Below, in pieces: positions 1 through 12,399 of a stretch of 64,000 nt of DNA (position 1 is the stretch's first letter; every line of letters begins with the position of its first letter). The translations under genes and the position numbers were made by a program. This DNA comes from Raillietiella orientalis. Lineage: Eukaryota. The DNA lies in NCBI GenBank assembly GCA_036172245.1, contig JAYWIR010000001.1:7316001-7380000 (forward strand). The letters are read 5' to 3'. Below the pieces are notes generated by a model. It saw only the letters and a list, made by a program, of their open reading frames with translations. It had not been told where the DNA came from and did no database searches.

Positions 1-1505
1 AAAAAAAAAAAAAAAAACTTGCTTGTTCAACTCATACTTCAAAAGACATCCAACAGCCGACATGGGAAAACCCGATATATTTTAAAGGAACCTGATCCAT
101 CGACGCGTCACGTCCGTTTGTTGATACCAAAACCCGTTCATTATTTATATATTTGGAAAGTTTCAGAATATCCCGTAAGTGCCACAAATATTTCAAGCAG
201 ACCCAACCAAGGAATTTTTACCTCGCTTTCAAATACATAACCCATTTTTGCATTGTTTTTCTAACGGAAAGCTTGATTATTTACATATGAATGTTAAAGC
301 TCGATATTGTCTTTGACAGCGTTGCACACGTTTCCTGATGTAAATAAAATAAAGCATATGCAAAATAAAACGCATGTTTTCTTCAAGATAATGTCATGGA
401 TTAATAAGCATGTTTTGAGTGTCAGTTTATACTTTATGTGTAAAGTTGCAGTTTTCATGTGATTTCTTGCAAGTCTGAAGGTCTGTTTAACATTGCAATA
501 CATATTTAAAAATACTGTTCTGAAAAACAATGGAGTTTGTATAATTAATAGTTTGATGACGGTATCTACAAAGCTACAATTGCGACAAACCTTTCGAGGT
601 ATTGAAAATACAAAACATTTATATGTAAGCATTTAGCTGCTGCGAATAATTTAAAATTTGTAGTCAAGGAAGAGTATACAGAATGTTCCTTTGATAATCC
701 CTTCGGCGGGGATTTACTTTTGTGTCAGTAATTTTTATTTAGTAACTTGATTCCGATTTCTTTGTTTACAGTTAGAGAATTTTCATCGTGGGAGGGAAAA
801 AGAGCAAAGATCTTAAAAAAACAAATGAAATTTATTTATCCGTATGAAAAATCACGATATTTCTGTTGAATTCACTATTTTATTATTATTCGAACGTGAA
901 TAGTTTGTGGCGATTTTTGTTTAGAAAAAAATTACAATAAAGTCACCGTATTTGAAATACAAAGCTGGCAATCATGAATTATTCAACATGAGTCTTTTGT
1001 GTAGCAGGCACATCAAGGCTTTATTGCAGACAAATGCATTCAAGTGAAAAAAAAAGAAAAAAAGAAAAAAAAGAGGAAAGGTTGGTTACCAATAACAAAA
1101 AGTCAAAAGTGGAAAAAGTACTTGTTAAAATGTACAATCTATGGGGGGAGGGGGGGGGGGTTAGAATCGGAAACGCTTTTTTTTTTCCCTTTCTGCAATA
1201 TACACACGTACAAACGAAGAGTGTGTAACGCTTTTAACGGGGGGGGGGATGAAACGTTGCCGAGAACTTTCGTGTTGAATTCTATGCAGAGAGGCGGCAC
1301 TGTGCTTCCCCATTCATCAGGGAGTCCTCGTCGAGTTTTTGTTTGCAGAGTCCACGAACTCCTGCAGCAGAAAACTATTAATGGAATACGGTTCTTTGCG
1401 AAACTGCATACGTATTTATATTTCAGAGGCGTGCAGTGCGTCCGTGAGAAAGCCATTTGATGTAACTTAGTTTCCGGAGTGTGATCAGCAAACAGTTTTC
1501 AAGCA

Positions 1506-4500
1506 ATGGATCCCGAAATCATTTTAGAGATTGCTAACCAAGTAACTAAGCTTAAAATGTATCCTTACTTCGACATTGCCCATTGTGTCATTACTTGCAT
1601 ACATGTGCGTGAAGATTTAGGAAGTGGTATGTTTCCAGCTTATGTTTTTTTCCCCCCCCCCTTCCAAACTGTTGTTGCACGGAGATTGTTTTTTTTTTTT
1701 TTTCCTGTGAGCAAAAGAGGAACAGGAAAGGGGGGTAAAACAAAAAAAAAAAAAAAAAAAAAAAGAGAGAAAAGAACAGAAAGGGAAAATGCATGGATTC
1801 GCAAGAAGCATGATGCTTTGCACCAGCACAAGCGTTTTTTCCATTAATTGGGTTAAAAATAGGATGACGCCTCTCTCGACTGTCTGTCTGTGTCTGTCTG
1901 TCGATGTTTTCTTCCGCCGTAGCCGGTAGAGTCGGTCGGATGCAGAGTGGGATGCAGGCAGGTCCGCGTCCTCGGATCTGGACCGAGGGAGCCGTGCGTG
2001 CACCGTACCAAGTCGGTGGGGGGGGGGGGGGGGGAGAGACAAACGTCGAAAGATTACCCTTTTTAATCTCACACGTCCATGATCAGACGAGCAATCAATT
2101 CCACATTCCCACACAACTTGGTAACCGATCCTTTCGGCACAAATCCTCCAAAATCCCCCCCCACCCCTCTACCTCCCATTTTTTTCTTTTTCCCCCTTTT
2201 TTTTTTTTTGCATTCCGGAAGCATGGAAACATTGGGTTCAGAATTGGCATAAGTGTTGGGAAAGCACGAAGAATTCCCAATCACCCCAAAGTGGAATAAA
2301 AGCCCTGATTTCAGCATACGGGTTATACGGGCAAATTATGTAGGATGCGAATGTGAATACATACATGTACATGCGGTGATGCCCAGGCAGCTTCACCATG
2401 GCAGACTCGGGAAGTGATTTCTGTCACCTGGAAGATACAGAGAAAAATCGTAGTCCCGTGGATGGTGCATCCGTTTGCATGCTTTCGAAAAATCTCGCGT
2501 TTTTCTCCGGTGCATTCTTCGTGCTCCGTGCAGCCTTTGTACCTATTGATTCGGTACACGCATTCAGGAAGTATCTGTATTCGCGGTCACATCGTAGGAG
2601 AGAGAGAGGGAGAGAGGGGGGGGGGGCAAGGGAGAAAAAGGGGGTGGGGGGATCATAAACAGGAAAGTCGCGAAGGAAGAGAGAGAGAGAGATCATTTTC
2701 AGAGCTCTGCAGCTCAGCTTTCGTTTGGGAGATCTTGCCGAAACGAGCTGACCAGAAGAGGAGGGAAACGAATTTTTACAGCCACTCCAAACTCTCGGGC
2801 ATTCGCAGTCAGCTCGTTGGCGGAAATGTGGAATCGATGGAGCGGTGTGTGGTTGTCGCAGGAATGTTGGTGTGAACACGCTTCAGGGCATGCTTGATGG
2901 CCGCCGTTCGTAAGGCGTTTTTTCCAATCCTCCGTGGTATAGATAAGGGCACGCCGGGCGCCCAGGTAGCCTTGCAAGTCATAGAGCCTTCATCGGAAAT
3001 TCATCCCGGACATGTGAAGTGCGTTTTGAAAATTCTTTTCGACGCAGTCTCCCGGGGTTTTTCTCTCTCTCTCTCTCTCTCTCCCCCCCCCCCTCCACAC
3101 ACGGCTTCAGCGGTCTCGAAGCTTCGACGTGTGTGCTGCTTTTCCGTTTCGGTTCCGTGCCATTTCTCTCTCTATCCGTGCACTCCTTCCTGAGCTGAAC
3201 TTTGCAAAGCAACTCTCGCCGTCAAAGAGTTGCCGAAACGAATACCAGATGTATAGGCCAGAGCTATCTCGAGTTCGGTGGGATAAGTGAGGAGGAGTTC
3301 CACCACCGAAAGTTTTTGTCGATGAGAAAAGCAGAAAGGATCCGCAGTTAGAAAAAAAAAAAATCAGTTTTTGATGTTTGAAAGAAAAAAAAAAAAAATA
3401 CTTGAGGTCGTCGTTGGAATCTCCAGAATGGAAGGTGGAAAGGGGGGAAGGCGGCGCTGGATGATGGCTTGCAAATTCGCATGTAAGAAAGTGCGGTCGT
3501 GTTCAGGAAGAGTGGTTAAAGAGCAAGAAACGGAGGTCCGTGGATGTCGCAAAGAAAAAAAAGACTGTGAACACTGTTTACCATGATGCTTGGGGAAAAC
3601 GGACATTTCCATCATCGAAGGGGACCAAAGACCGCACAATAAATGTTACGGATGCTGGAACACGGTTGCCCTTCACGTCGTTGCATGTGGGGAATGGGGG
3701 GGGGGGGGGGGGGAAAACGAGGATGGACGTTTTCGGGGTTCGCAAGCTTTGCGAGATCATTGTCTTGAAGATCGGAATTGGTTGCATCCGACGAAAGCGT
3801 GCATCCCACATCTGTAGGTTGCGGTTGTACAGTGCATCCTCCAAATTGAGAAAAACGTAATGCAAGTAATCGTTGGTTTCAAGTAAAATGCACGGCCAAG
3901 GCGTAAGTGCTTATTGCGGTGGGTACTTTGCCTGTGAGGACAACAGCAACAGCAAAACTGAGACCAGTGGACGAAAGTGCTTGAAATACTTGAGTGGCTG
4001 CTAGAAAATCAATAAGCACGAGTTTTCTGAACATCACTCAATTCGACTACTGTCGGAGGGGAGGTTGTTGGCCTTTTTTTTTGTTGTTGTTGTTGTTGTT
4101 GATGTAAAAGTAAGTTTCGAGAACTTCTGCATGAAAAGGGCCTGGGACACCCAAGATCAAGTGCACACACATTTCACTGAAGACATTCGACGTCCGCAAA
4201 GTTCAACAGGTTTTTCAAACGTCGGTAACGAAAAAGTGAAAGCCCACGACGATTAGAAAGTCTTCATTATGCTTGGAAATTGCAAAATCAAAAATCCGTT
4301 CACAGCACTGGACACAGAGGAACTCTGTGTGCCGGGAGATGATGTGCCACTGCCTTGGTTCCGTGCCATCTCATCCAGGGTGCACTTTTCTTAGATGCTT
4401 ATACAGCTCTGCAAGATCCATGGGAGACTGTGCCAATCCACCTAGCGCTATTCCAAAGACCTGTGCGGGAGAGTTTGCGTAACGGTTTTTACTGGAAGCT

Positions 4501-4755
4501 GTGGTAACCAAGGCTGCACGAAGTGTGCGCTTCCCTTTGTCTGAACGGCGGCGTTAATTACACAATTGCTTATTGATTGGGAAACTCTTCTTGATAGGCA
4601 GCCTCTCTTTTTTGGCAGGGCTCACCGTGTGTGCTTCTCTCGTGCCTACTATTTTTAAAATTTCCTTTTTTTTTCCTTTTCATCCTTGTTCTTGCTCTTC
4701 AACTGCGGGATCTCACGAGGGACCAAAAGACTCGTTATTACCTCTTTGCAACCTC

Positions 4756-4796
<41 letters not shown>

Positions 4797-7700
4797 CGCC
4801 TTTTATTTATGTGTATGTGCAGTTTTCGTTTTCTCTCCATTCGTGGAGCACGCAAACGTCAGCATTCCTGGAAAATTCGTTTCCAGCAGACAGTTTCCGT
4901 GTCCCCGTAAGTGGTGGACATCGTTCTCTTCTTACGGTTAACATCTGTTTCCGAATGGGGGCAGTCTGTGTCTGCTGTATCTCTCGTGTAGCAGGCAAAC
5001 GAAACTCAGGAGACAAACTGAAACTGCCTTGCAGAATCGTCCTTAATGGGAGCCGACGTGCTCTCGAAATCGACCCGTAATGACTCATTAAGAGTCGATC
5101 GGTGACACACCGAGTGCGATGCGACGTGATGAATTTTTCAGAAATCAGAATCTTTAAGGTGATAAGCACCGAGTAGGCAGTCGTCTCTGGTCGTTTCGAT
5201 TTCGAGGAAGGACTTGGGTTTGCAACAGATCTGCACCACAACGAGGAGGTGAGAGAATCCCTCCTTTTCCCTGACGGATGTGGGAAGGACGAAGCTCTCC
5301 CCTCCTCTCGCTCGAATGTCGATGTAAAGTTTAAATTACGACCAGCAAGTGCCACTACGTTACTGAATTTTCGTACTTCTTTTCCATTCCTGATGTAATA
5401 AGCACGCTTGCTTTTCGAAAATACATGCCGAGAGCTAGAAGAGAACGGAGGTCAAGTCATTTGATAATTTTCCAAGTGTAAAGGAACATAAACAGTTTTC
5501 CGCCCTTGTCAGTGTGTCTCCAAGTACTGTATTTAAGGTAATATACTGCTTGAAGAATGATTACGTTCCCTTCAGATTTTGCTTCCTACCGCTTCCACAT
5601 GGCAGCTACCGCTTCGCCATTGCTCTCCGGGTTCTGTTTTCTCATTTGGGCTTAGGTAAACTCCCTTTTCCTTGGGCTTTTTTGAAGACCACTTATCTAA
5701 ATTAGAATCCGGAGTGCTCTTGTTCTGGTTTTTTTTTTTTTGCTCGGTCGCTCGAGCTTGACCTTTAATTATTAAACACAGGCATTTTTGAGCCAGTAGT
5801 ATTCCGTCAACATCTTATTGGGGTTACTCCAACTCTTAAGCCGATTACGTTTCGTTTCTGAACAGCTTGAGGAATGTTACGTTGGAGTTCCTTTTTCTGC
5901 TCAATTAAGAAGGAAAGAGAGGAAGCAGACGGAACGTGACAGGCCGTTCGAAGGCATCCAATGTTTTTTTTTTTTTTTTCGAGGGTTTCATTATAGTTAT
6001 AGAAGCTGTGGTCCCCTTTACAAATGGACACAAACGCTTACGAAGTTCATGCGATGAAACATTCGAATGCATTTCATACTCTGAAGTTGTCTCCGCAGTT
6101 TGTTATGCTTCCCAGAGGGGAGGAGTCATCGTGGAAAGCTCGAAAAGATGGTCTGCCGTAATAGCGGCATGCTGAATCAGGAATGCCAGGTTGTCATTCT
6201 TTTTTACTTCCTCTTCCGTACGAATTCGTTTCTCTTTGCCGACGTAAGCGTAGGTGATTTGGGGGGGGGGGGGGAAGTGCATGCGTACGCACATGTGATG
6301 GTTTGGAAATCTTTTGTCCACAAACGTTCCACAAGAGATCCAAGTGACTCTTGAGAAAAACAAAAAGTGGTCGCCGAAAGTCATTGGGGGTCGACCGAGG
6401 CAGAAGAAGAAGGGATGAAAAGGAAAACATTCCTCGGGGATATTTTTCTGCTTCTACCTATGTTAAAAACGAAAACTTCAAAAGTGAAGTGCAGAAAAGA
6501 AGGGGTGCGGTTTCCATTTCGATTCTTCGACTTGCCGTGATCCGGAACGTGCCCTCGGAATAGCTCTTGAATAGGTTTACGACGCTATCGCAAATTATCG
6601 TTGCGAACTTGGAGTGAAACTGAAAAATCCTCAAAACAGCTCTTCAGCGGAGACGCGTGCCCCTTGCCCTCCCTTTAGAATGGTCTTCCGTTCAGCAGCG
6701 TTCTTGCCATCGAGCAGGCACTTTGCGTAAGTGCCTAAGCGTTCGCTTGTTGTTGCTCTGTATCTCCGGTGGCATTTCTTTTCCTTTTACCCCCTTCGCT
6801 TTTAGAAGAATAAGGAAGTGCGTGAAAGATGGGGCGTACAACACCTTCACCGTCTGCTGTCTAAAAATACGTTGACTGCGGTCAAAGCCTTCCCCGGGTG
6901 TGGCGGCACATATATGTTTGTCTGTCTCCTCCGTATACGTACTTGTGTACACGGCTTCTTTCCGGAGGAGGAGGAGGAAGGGGGGGGGGGGGAAGAATAA
7001 TGTAGTTGGCGGTTTCCGTGATGCAGCCACGGTGGCATCTCGCTCGCAAAGAGGAGAGGGAGAACACACGTACCTCGTGGCCTACCCGCTCCGTTTTCGA
7101 CATCCCCGCAACGACCTGGGCGCTTTGTCGATGAGAACTTCCTCGCCGTTCGTTCGCCAGCTCAGGTTTCACCACATCGGAGCGGAAACACTTGGATGGC
7201 GTATCCGTGGTGGTGCACAGGGCAAGCACTCGCAGATTCCATTACCGCCTTCTGGGGAGCGCGAAGATCGCGCGCCTTCCGTCGGACTCGCTGACCGTTT
7301 CTGCAGCACGCGCGGCCGTTCGTCTTGCGGAGTTCTCGACACGGTGGGCCGCTGGAGCTGCTTTCCGTGTCATCGTCAAACATCTGCACGAGAGCCACTC
7401 TGGCCGGCAGTAGCACCGATGAAATGCACCACCGCTGTCCGCTCTTCGGCACCCGGCATCTTTCCTCGGGCCACATGTGCACGGCCATCTTGGGAAAAAC
7501 TGGATCAGGCGGATGATGCAGATAATCGCCGGCCGACCGCAACAGTTGGAACCTCTGGGAATATCTTCCTGCTGAGATGCGTGGTCGATCCCGCTCAGGC
7601 CAGACGGTGCATCGCGCAGCAGCCGTGTGATTGGGATAGCAGCGCCATACGCAGCAGCAGCAGCAGCAGCCAGCTTGCTGAAAGTCGAGGGATGAAAACT

Positions 7701-10700
7701 AGGCGGCGGAACGCTTCAGCCTTCGGCTGTTGGCGGAGGTGGTGTCCACACTTCGCCAGGTTGGACGGGGGAGAGTTTCGGTTCCCTTCACCTCCACACG
7801 CGGGTCCGTAAACGAGCATCACACACCTTTGTTCGCCTCCTCCCCCGGAAGCTGAACGCACAACCCTTCTGTCCCACCGCCCTGTTTCACGTAATGTTCT
7901 TCCCGTTGTCGCGAATGAAAAGGAGGACAGCTCTGGCTGCACGCGCGGCTAATGCAGAGCTTTTTAGGTGAGAATCCGAGAAAGTATTTCCTCGTGGGCC
8001 ACTTTTCCTCCGAAAGGCAGTTGTGCATCCAGCTTCTCGCGGAAGCCTTACGGGTCTCATTTGCGCTCCTTTCCCGGGCACGAATCCGATCGCGCTGTCC
8101 AGCCGAACGTTGCCCCAGGAAGACGGAAGTGTGAACTTGGCCTTAGGAACAGCACCCTCAAGGATGTTCGGATCCGCTGTCGCCTGCTGTCAGGCAGCAA
8201 AGTCTGACGATCATCTGCACCGTAATGATCTTAGCGAAACGAGCTGAGCACTCCTCCGTGGTAAACGCTCCCGGCGGCAGCTGCACATCAGAAAGCGGCA
8301 GTTTTTCATGTCGGTAACTGACAGCTGCGACTGCTCAATCAGGAGCTCGACTAAAGGGTGCATATTGCTGAGCAGACGCATCCTTCGATCATCACTCAGA
8401 CTTCACCACGATCCATCATTTTGAACTGTCTCACCACAACTGTGCCTGGACCGATCGAGGAGTCTAGTTAGTTACGAGCCATCTTTGCAAAAGCCTCTCT
8501 CACGCGGTTTTTTTCTTGTGTATGTGTGTGTTTTTCTTCTTTCTCTCCCTAATGAAGATACGGAGGAATCCGCGTCGTCGTTAAATGCCGATTTTTCCTG
8601 CACGTCCCAAGTGCAGGGTGACCGGGTTCCACCAACCGATGCTGTTTCGTTCCAATGAGCAACTTCCCTCACTGCACGTGTGGGTGCCGCATTCCTTTTC
8701 ATCGTCATCATCATTATCGCAATGGGGAAATCTCTCGTTCCAAAATGTGCGTCATTCCGCGTGCTGGGTGCCGCATTCTTCGTTCGCGGCAGCAACACCT
8801 CGTACCCAAAGGCGTCAGCGAGGGGAAAGAGTGCAGAAAGGGTTCAGGAATCTCTGGTTCGCACGCGCTTCCTGCATCCATAGCGAACACCGCGGACGCC
8901 GGTGCTTAATAGTGAAGGTGGTCAAGGGAAGATCCGAGCAATTCGGTGAGCCAGCGGGGTCAGCCGTTGATTTCCCGACGATAATTTCATGCCGTTCAGG
9001 TTGGATTGGAAAACTCCGGAACCGCGTGCTCGCTGGACGACGTCTCTCGTCTCCAGATCTCTTCGTCTCCCTGTGCACTTCGCTCCCGAGTTCGGCCTGA
9101 CAACGGCGTTCGATTGTAATCCGCTCTTCAGTCCTCGGCATCCGCGAACCCGGGATGTTCAGCCCTCCCATGAGCTTTGCTGAAAACACCGCCGGTTTCC
9201 GGAAATATCGAGCGGATCGAGAGGCCGAACCGATGTGTGCGCTGGACCGGCAAGCTTCTTGGCTAGAATTCCGCAAGTCATAGAGAAATGGTTGGTCAGA
9301 ATGTGTGATGTCGTCATGCCGGTTACTTCTTCAGTGCAACTTGGTCAGAAAAACGACCGCATCCGTTGTCATGATGCAGTGTGGCTTGACTACCGTTTCC
9401 CATTCTTCCTGATACCACTACCGTTGCTGGAACAAAGTGCACTCGCACACCAGCAGAGTTACTACTACTACATTCGTACTGGTAACGCAGTCGATCCCAT
9501 AGACGTTTGTTGTTGTGGAAATCAGAGGATAATGTTTTTTTTTTTTTTTTCGCCTTTTTTCGAAGGGGGGAGGGGAGGTGGCGATGGTGGTTTGGTATTC
9601 GATTTCTTTAAGCACGGGCTTTCCCTGGCAAGAAGGATTGTACCAAGGAGCGCCGAATTGCAGATTTGCACTTTAAGAGCTTTCCATTTCAGTTCAGAAG
9701 TCTCCCATTTTTGTAGGGCGCTTTTTGTTACGAAATCAGTGGAATGAATGGAAGGGATGATGAAAGAGGAACGCCTATGAAATTAAAAAAAAAAAAAAAA
9801 TGTAGGGGGATGGATGCAAAATAGGGAGAAATTGGAACTGCCATCCAAGTTTCTGTACATCTAAAGGATGAACACCACCTCAACGAGAGAACTTTTAATT
9901 TCGATCGAATGCGGATTTCAAATTCATTCCCATCTACTTTGCTTCCCGTTCGATCCCCTACCACGACTGAATCGGTGGGGATTTGTAATCATCTCTTGAT
10001 TTCTCCTGACGTGTCAAAATGTCGGTGTGAGCCTGCTCCTATTGATCTGGATCAACCAGCCATAAAGAGACCTCGTTCCTTGAGGTGGAGGCTGAATTTC
10101 AGTCGGATTCCTTCACTGGGTTCGGAAATCCTTCCTTCCTCACTTCTCAGAATACGTGACGAATCTTTGCTGCCTCAATCCATTTGGTTCCATGGCGCCA
10201 CTGACAAGAGGATGCAAATTCGTGAATTTTTTAACCGTTCGCATGGTGCGCATTTTCAGTGGCTCGCTGAGCGCGTTATGTGTGTGTACGTACGTACGGA
10301 AGAACTGAACAGACGCTTTATCGAGTTTTCGAATGCTGGAGGGCACTTTCCGGTGGCTGTTCGATTTTCTCTGTGTTACTGCGTTCCACTTGCTGCATCC
10401 TCTTGTTGATTCCAGGTTGTCGGTCTGCTTGAAGAGCCTTCAGTGCAGAGCACATTCCTGCGTATTGCTTTAAAACCAAGGAGTCAAAAGCAGTTTTGAT
10501 GAAGACTGTTATGCCTTTTCCTCTTTATTTTCATTTGATCCTGACAGTGTTGCTCTTATGCTAAAGAATCCTCATTTAACCGAAAATTTCTTGGAATTAG
10601 ATAGGGGGATGTCTTAAGCGTCCGTCTCCATCGGTGCTCTTCGCCGAAAATGAGATGAGAGCGATGTTTCATCCTCGTTTGGAATGCATAAGGATTCACC

Positions 10701-11763
10701 TGTGCGTTCCTTCCCCAAGTATTTGCTTCGGGATGCATTTTGCGAGTCCTGTGTGCGATCCATTCTGTGAGACGAAATGATCAAAACTTTGTGAAGCAAT
10801 CCCGAGATGTGGAAAATCATTGTTCTTTTACAGGTTCTTTGCCTTTCTCTCGCAAACATCCCTTGGCCTGTTGGGTGTCCTCAATGCTTTCCATGTTTGC
10901 CGGTGGTTTGCTGGCCAATTTTTTCCTAGGGGAACCGTTACTGATTGCTTTCAAGAGCAACACTCATGTTCTGTTGGCATCTGCAGTGTGGTAAGTAGTA
11001 CGGCAGACGTCCTGCGCCACAGCAGTCATTCACCAGGTACTGCATGTTTTATTTCCCGTTTGATTTGGTTTACAAGATGGCAAAATTCCTTCCTGTCCGG
11101 ATAGTGTTGGTATCCCTGAAAGAGATTTACAGATGTAAGACGATTCACGACAGCGTGTCCCAAGCTTTCAAATTATATCCTAATAGTTATATTACAATGC
11201 TTCTTGTTGGCACTCTGCAAGGTTAGACGAATGCAATTGGAATTTAAACGCCTTTATTATTCAGGAAATGGGGTGCATTTTATGAGGATATTAGAACGTC
11301 TTGCACGTGGAGTATGGAGTCCTCAAACCGTGGAAGTACTCAGTCCTACTTTGTAAGCATTTCGCCCATCGTGGGTCTATGCCCGAAGGCACGTGTTTTA
11401 GCACGACGAAGGCCTGCCTGGTTTCGTCGGTGATCTTCATTATCGATAAAAAAACCACCCTTATTTCTGCCCCCCACGCTCTGGTCTATTTCGGCGTTGT
11501 GATCTTCTTCATCTATTTCAAAGTGAGTGGAATTTCCTTTCCTTGAAATCTCACATTCCTTTTTTTTTTTTTTTTTTTAGCTTTCTTCGCTGTTATTGGG
11601 AATCCACGATCCATTTGTTCCATTTGAAAACATGCTGTGTATGCTATTTTTCGGAGGAATCTGGGATTTGTTGGGACGCTTCATTTCAAAGAACCAGACT
11701 CCGGATAGCCGAACAGATTCTGTATCCGGAGTGAAGACCCAGGATCTGAAGAAAAAGGAATAA
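1506..11763 (+). CDS. TMEM38: Trimeric intracellular cation channel (TRIC/TMEM38 family), 284 aa; exons join(1506-1626,10834-10990,11037-11221,11265-11352,11402-11522,11581-11763)
   Basis: Exon translations MDPEIILEIANQVTKLKMYPYFDIAH..., SRKHPLACWVSSML..FAGG..LGEP, LKEIYRCK, RGVWSP, ISAPHALVYFG, LLGIHDPF match arthropod-type TRIC. All five introns are GT..AG with compatible phases; 855 nt in total, ending TAA at 11761-11763. Confidence 0.93.
4758..4794. repeat. (GT)n microsatellite
   Basis: About 18 uninterrupted TG units. Confidence 0.95.
7000..8500 (-). mobile_element. Decayed LINE RT fragment in TRIC intron 1
   Basis: IGFVPGK (~8075, cf. QxGFVPGR), HLRQQ (cf. GLRQG) and LRSAGDYL (cf. YADD) occur in order. 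Boundaries are approximate. Confidence 0.4.
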
Positions 11764-12399
11764 TTTGAATCTGACAAAGATCCTTCCCCGATTCGAGCAA
11801 CAAGAAATGTACAGTTCTACCCTTTTCAGTGTTCATTAAATGTACAAGTCTAATACATTCGTTGTGGTAAATAAGTATCCTCTGTAGCATTACCTCGTAA
11901 TTTTTGCTATAGATGTGCAGTCCAGTCCTTTTTGTGCTCTTTTTCAATCAGTAACGAAATAAATTGTTTCACTGACATGCGTGAATGTTGCTGCGCTCAG
12001 GTTATGTGCTTTAAGGAACCATTTATTCAGTTCAGCTGGTTCTTTGCTGCTGACGTTACCACGGAAACCCGAATGACATTCTGGCTTTTGCACTCTGCAT
12101 GTTTCTGCGGACACTTCCAGTATCTCGAAGTCTTGATGCCGTCTCTTTTTTTGCCCCTTTTGATGCTTGGGTCTCGATTTGGTTGTTTCCGGAATCTCTC
12201 CTCCCTCCTCCTTGGAAATCTCGGTAGTAGTAACTGGCGGAATGGTGGCTCGTTCACGAAGGTCCAGAAGTCGGTAAGATGGACGGTACCAAAGGATCAA
12301 AATCGAAAATAACCCAAGAACAAGATTTCAGGAGCAGAAAATCTAAAATAACCAAAGGTGAATTCAGAGACGAGCTAAGAACACACACAAAAACGGTGT

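Noticed and set aside
1-700. Divergent gene upstream of TRIC (possible MGYVFESE|GT exon on the minus strand near 245-222)
   Set aside because: No in-frame downstream exon or recognisable protein within the window.
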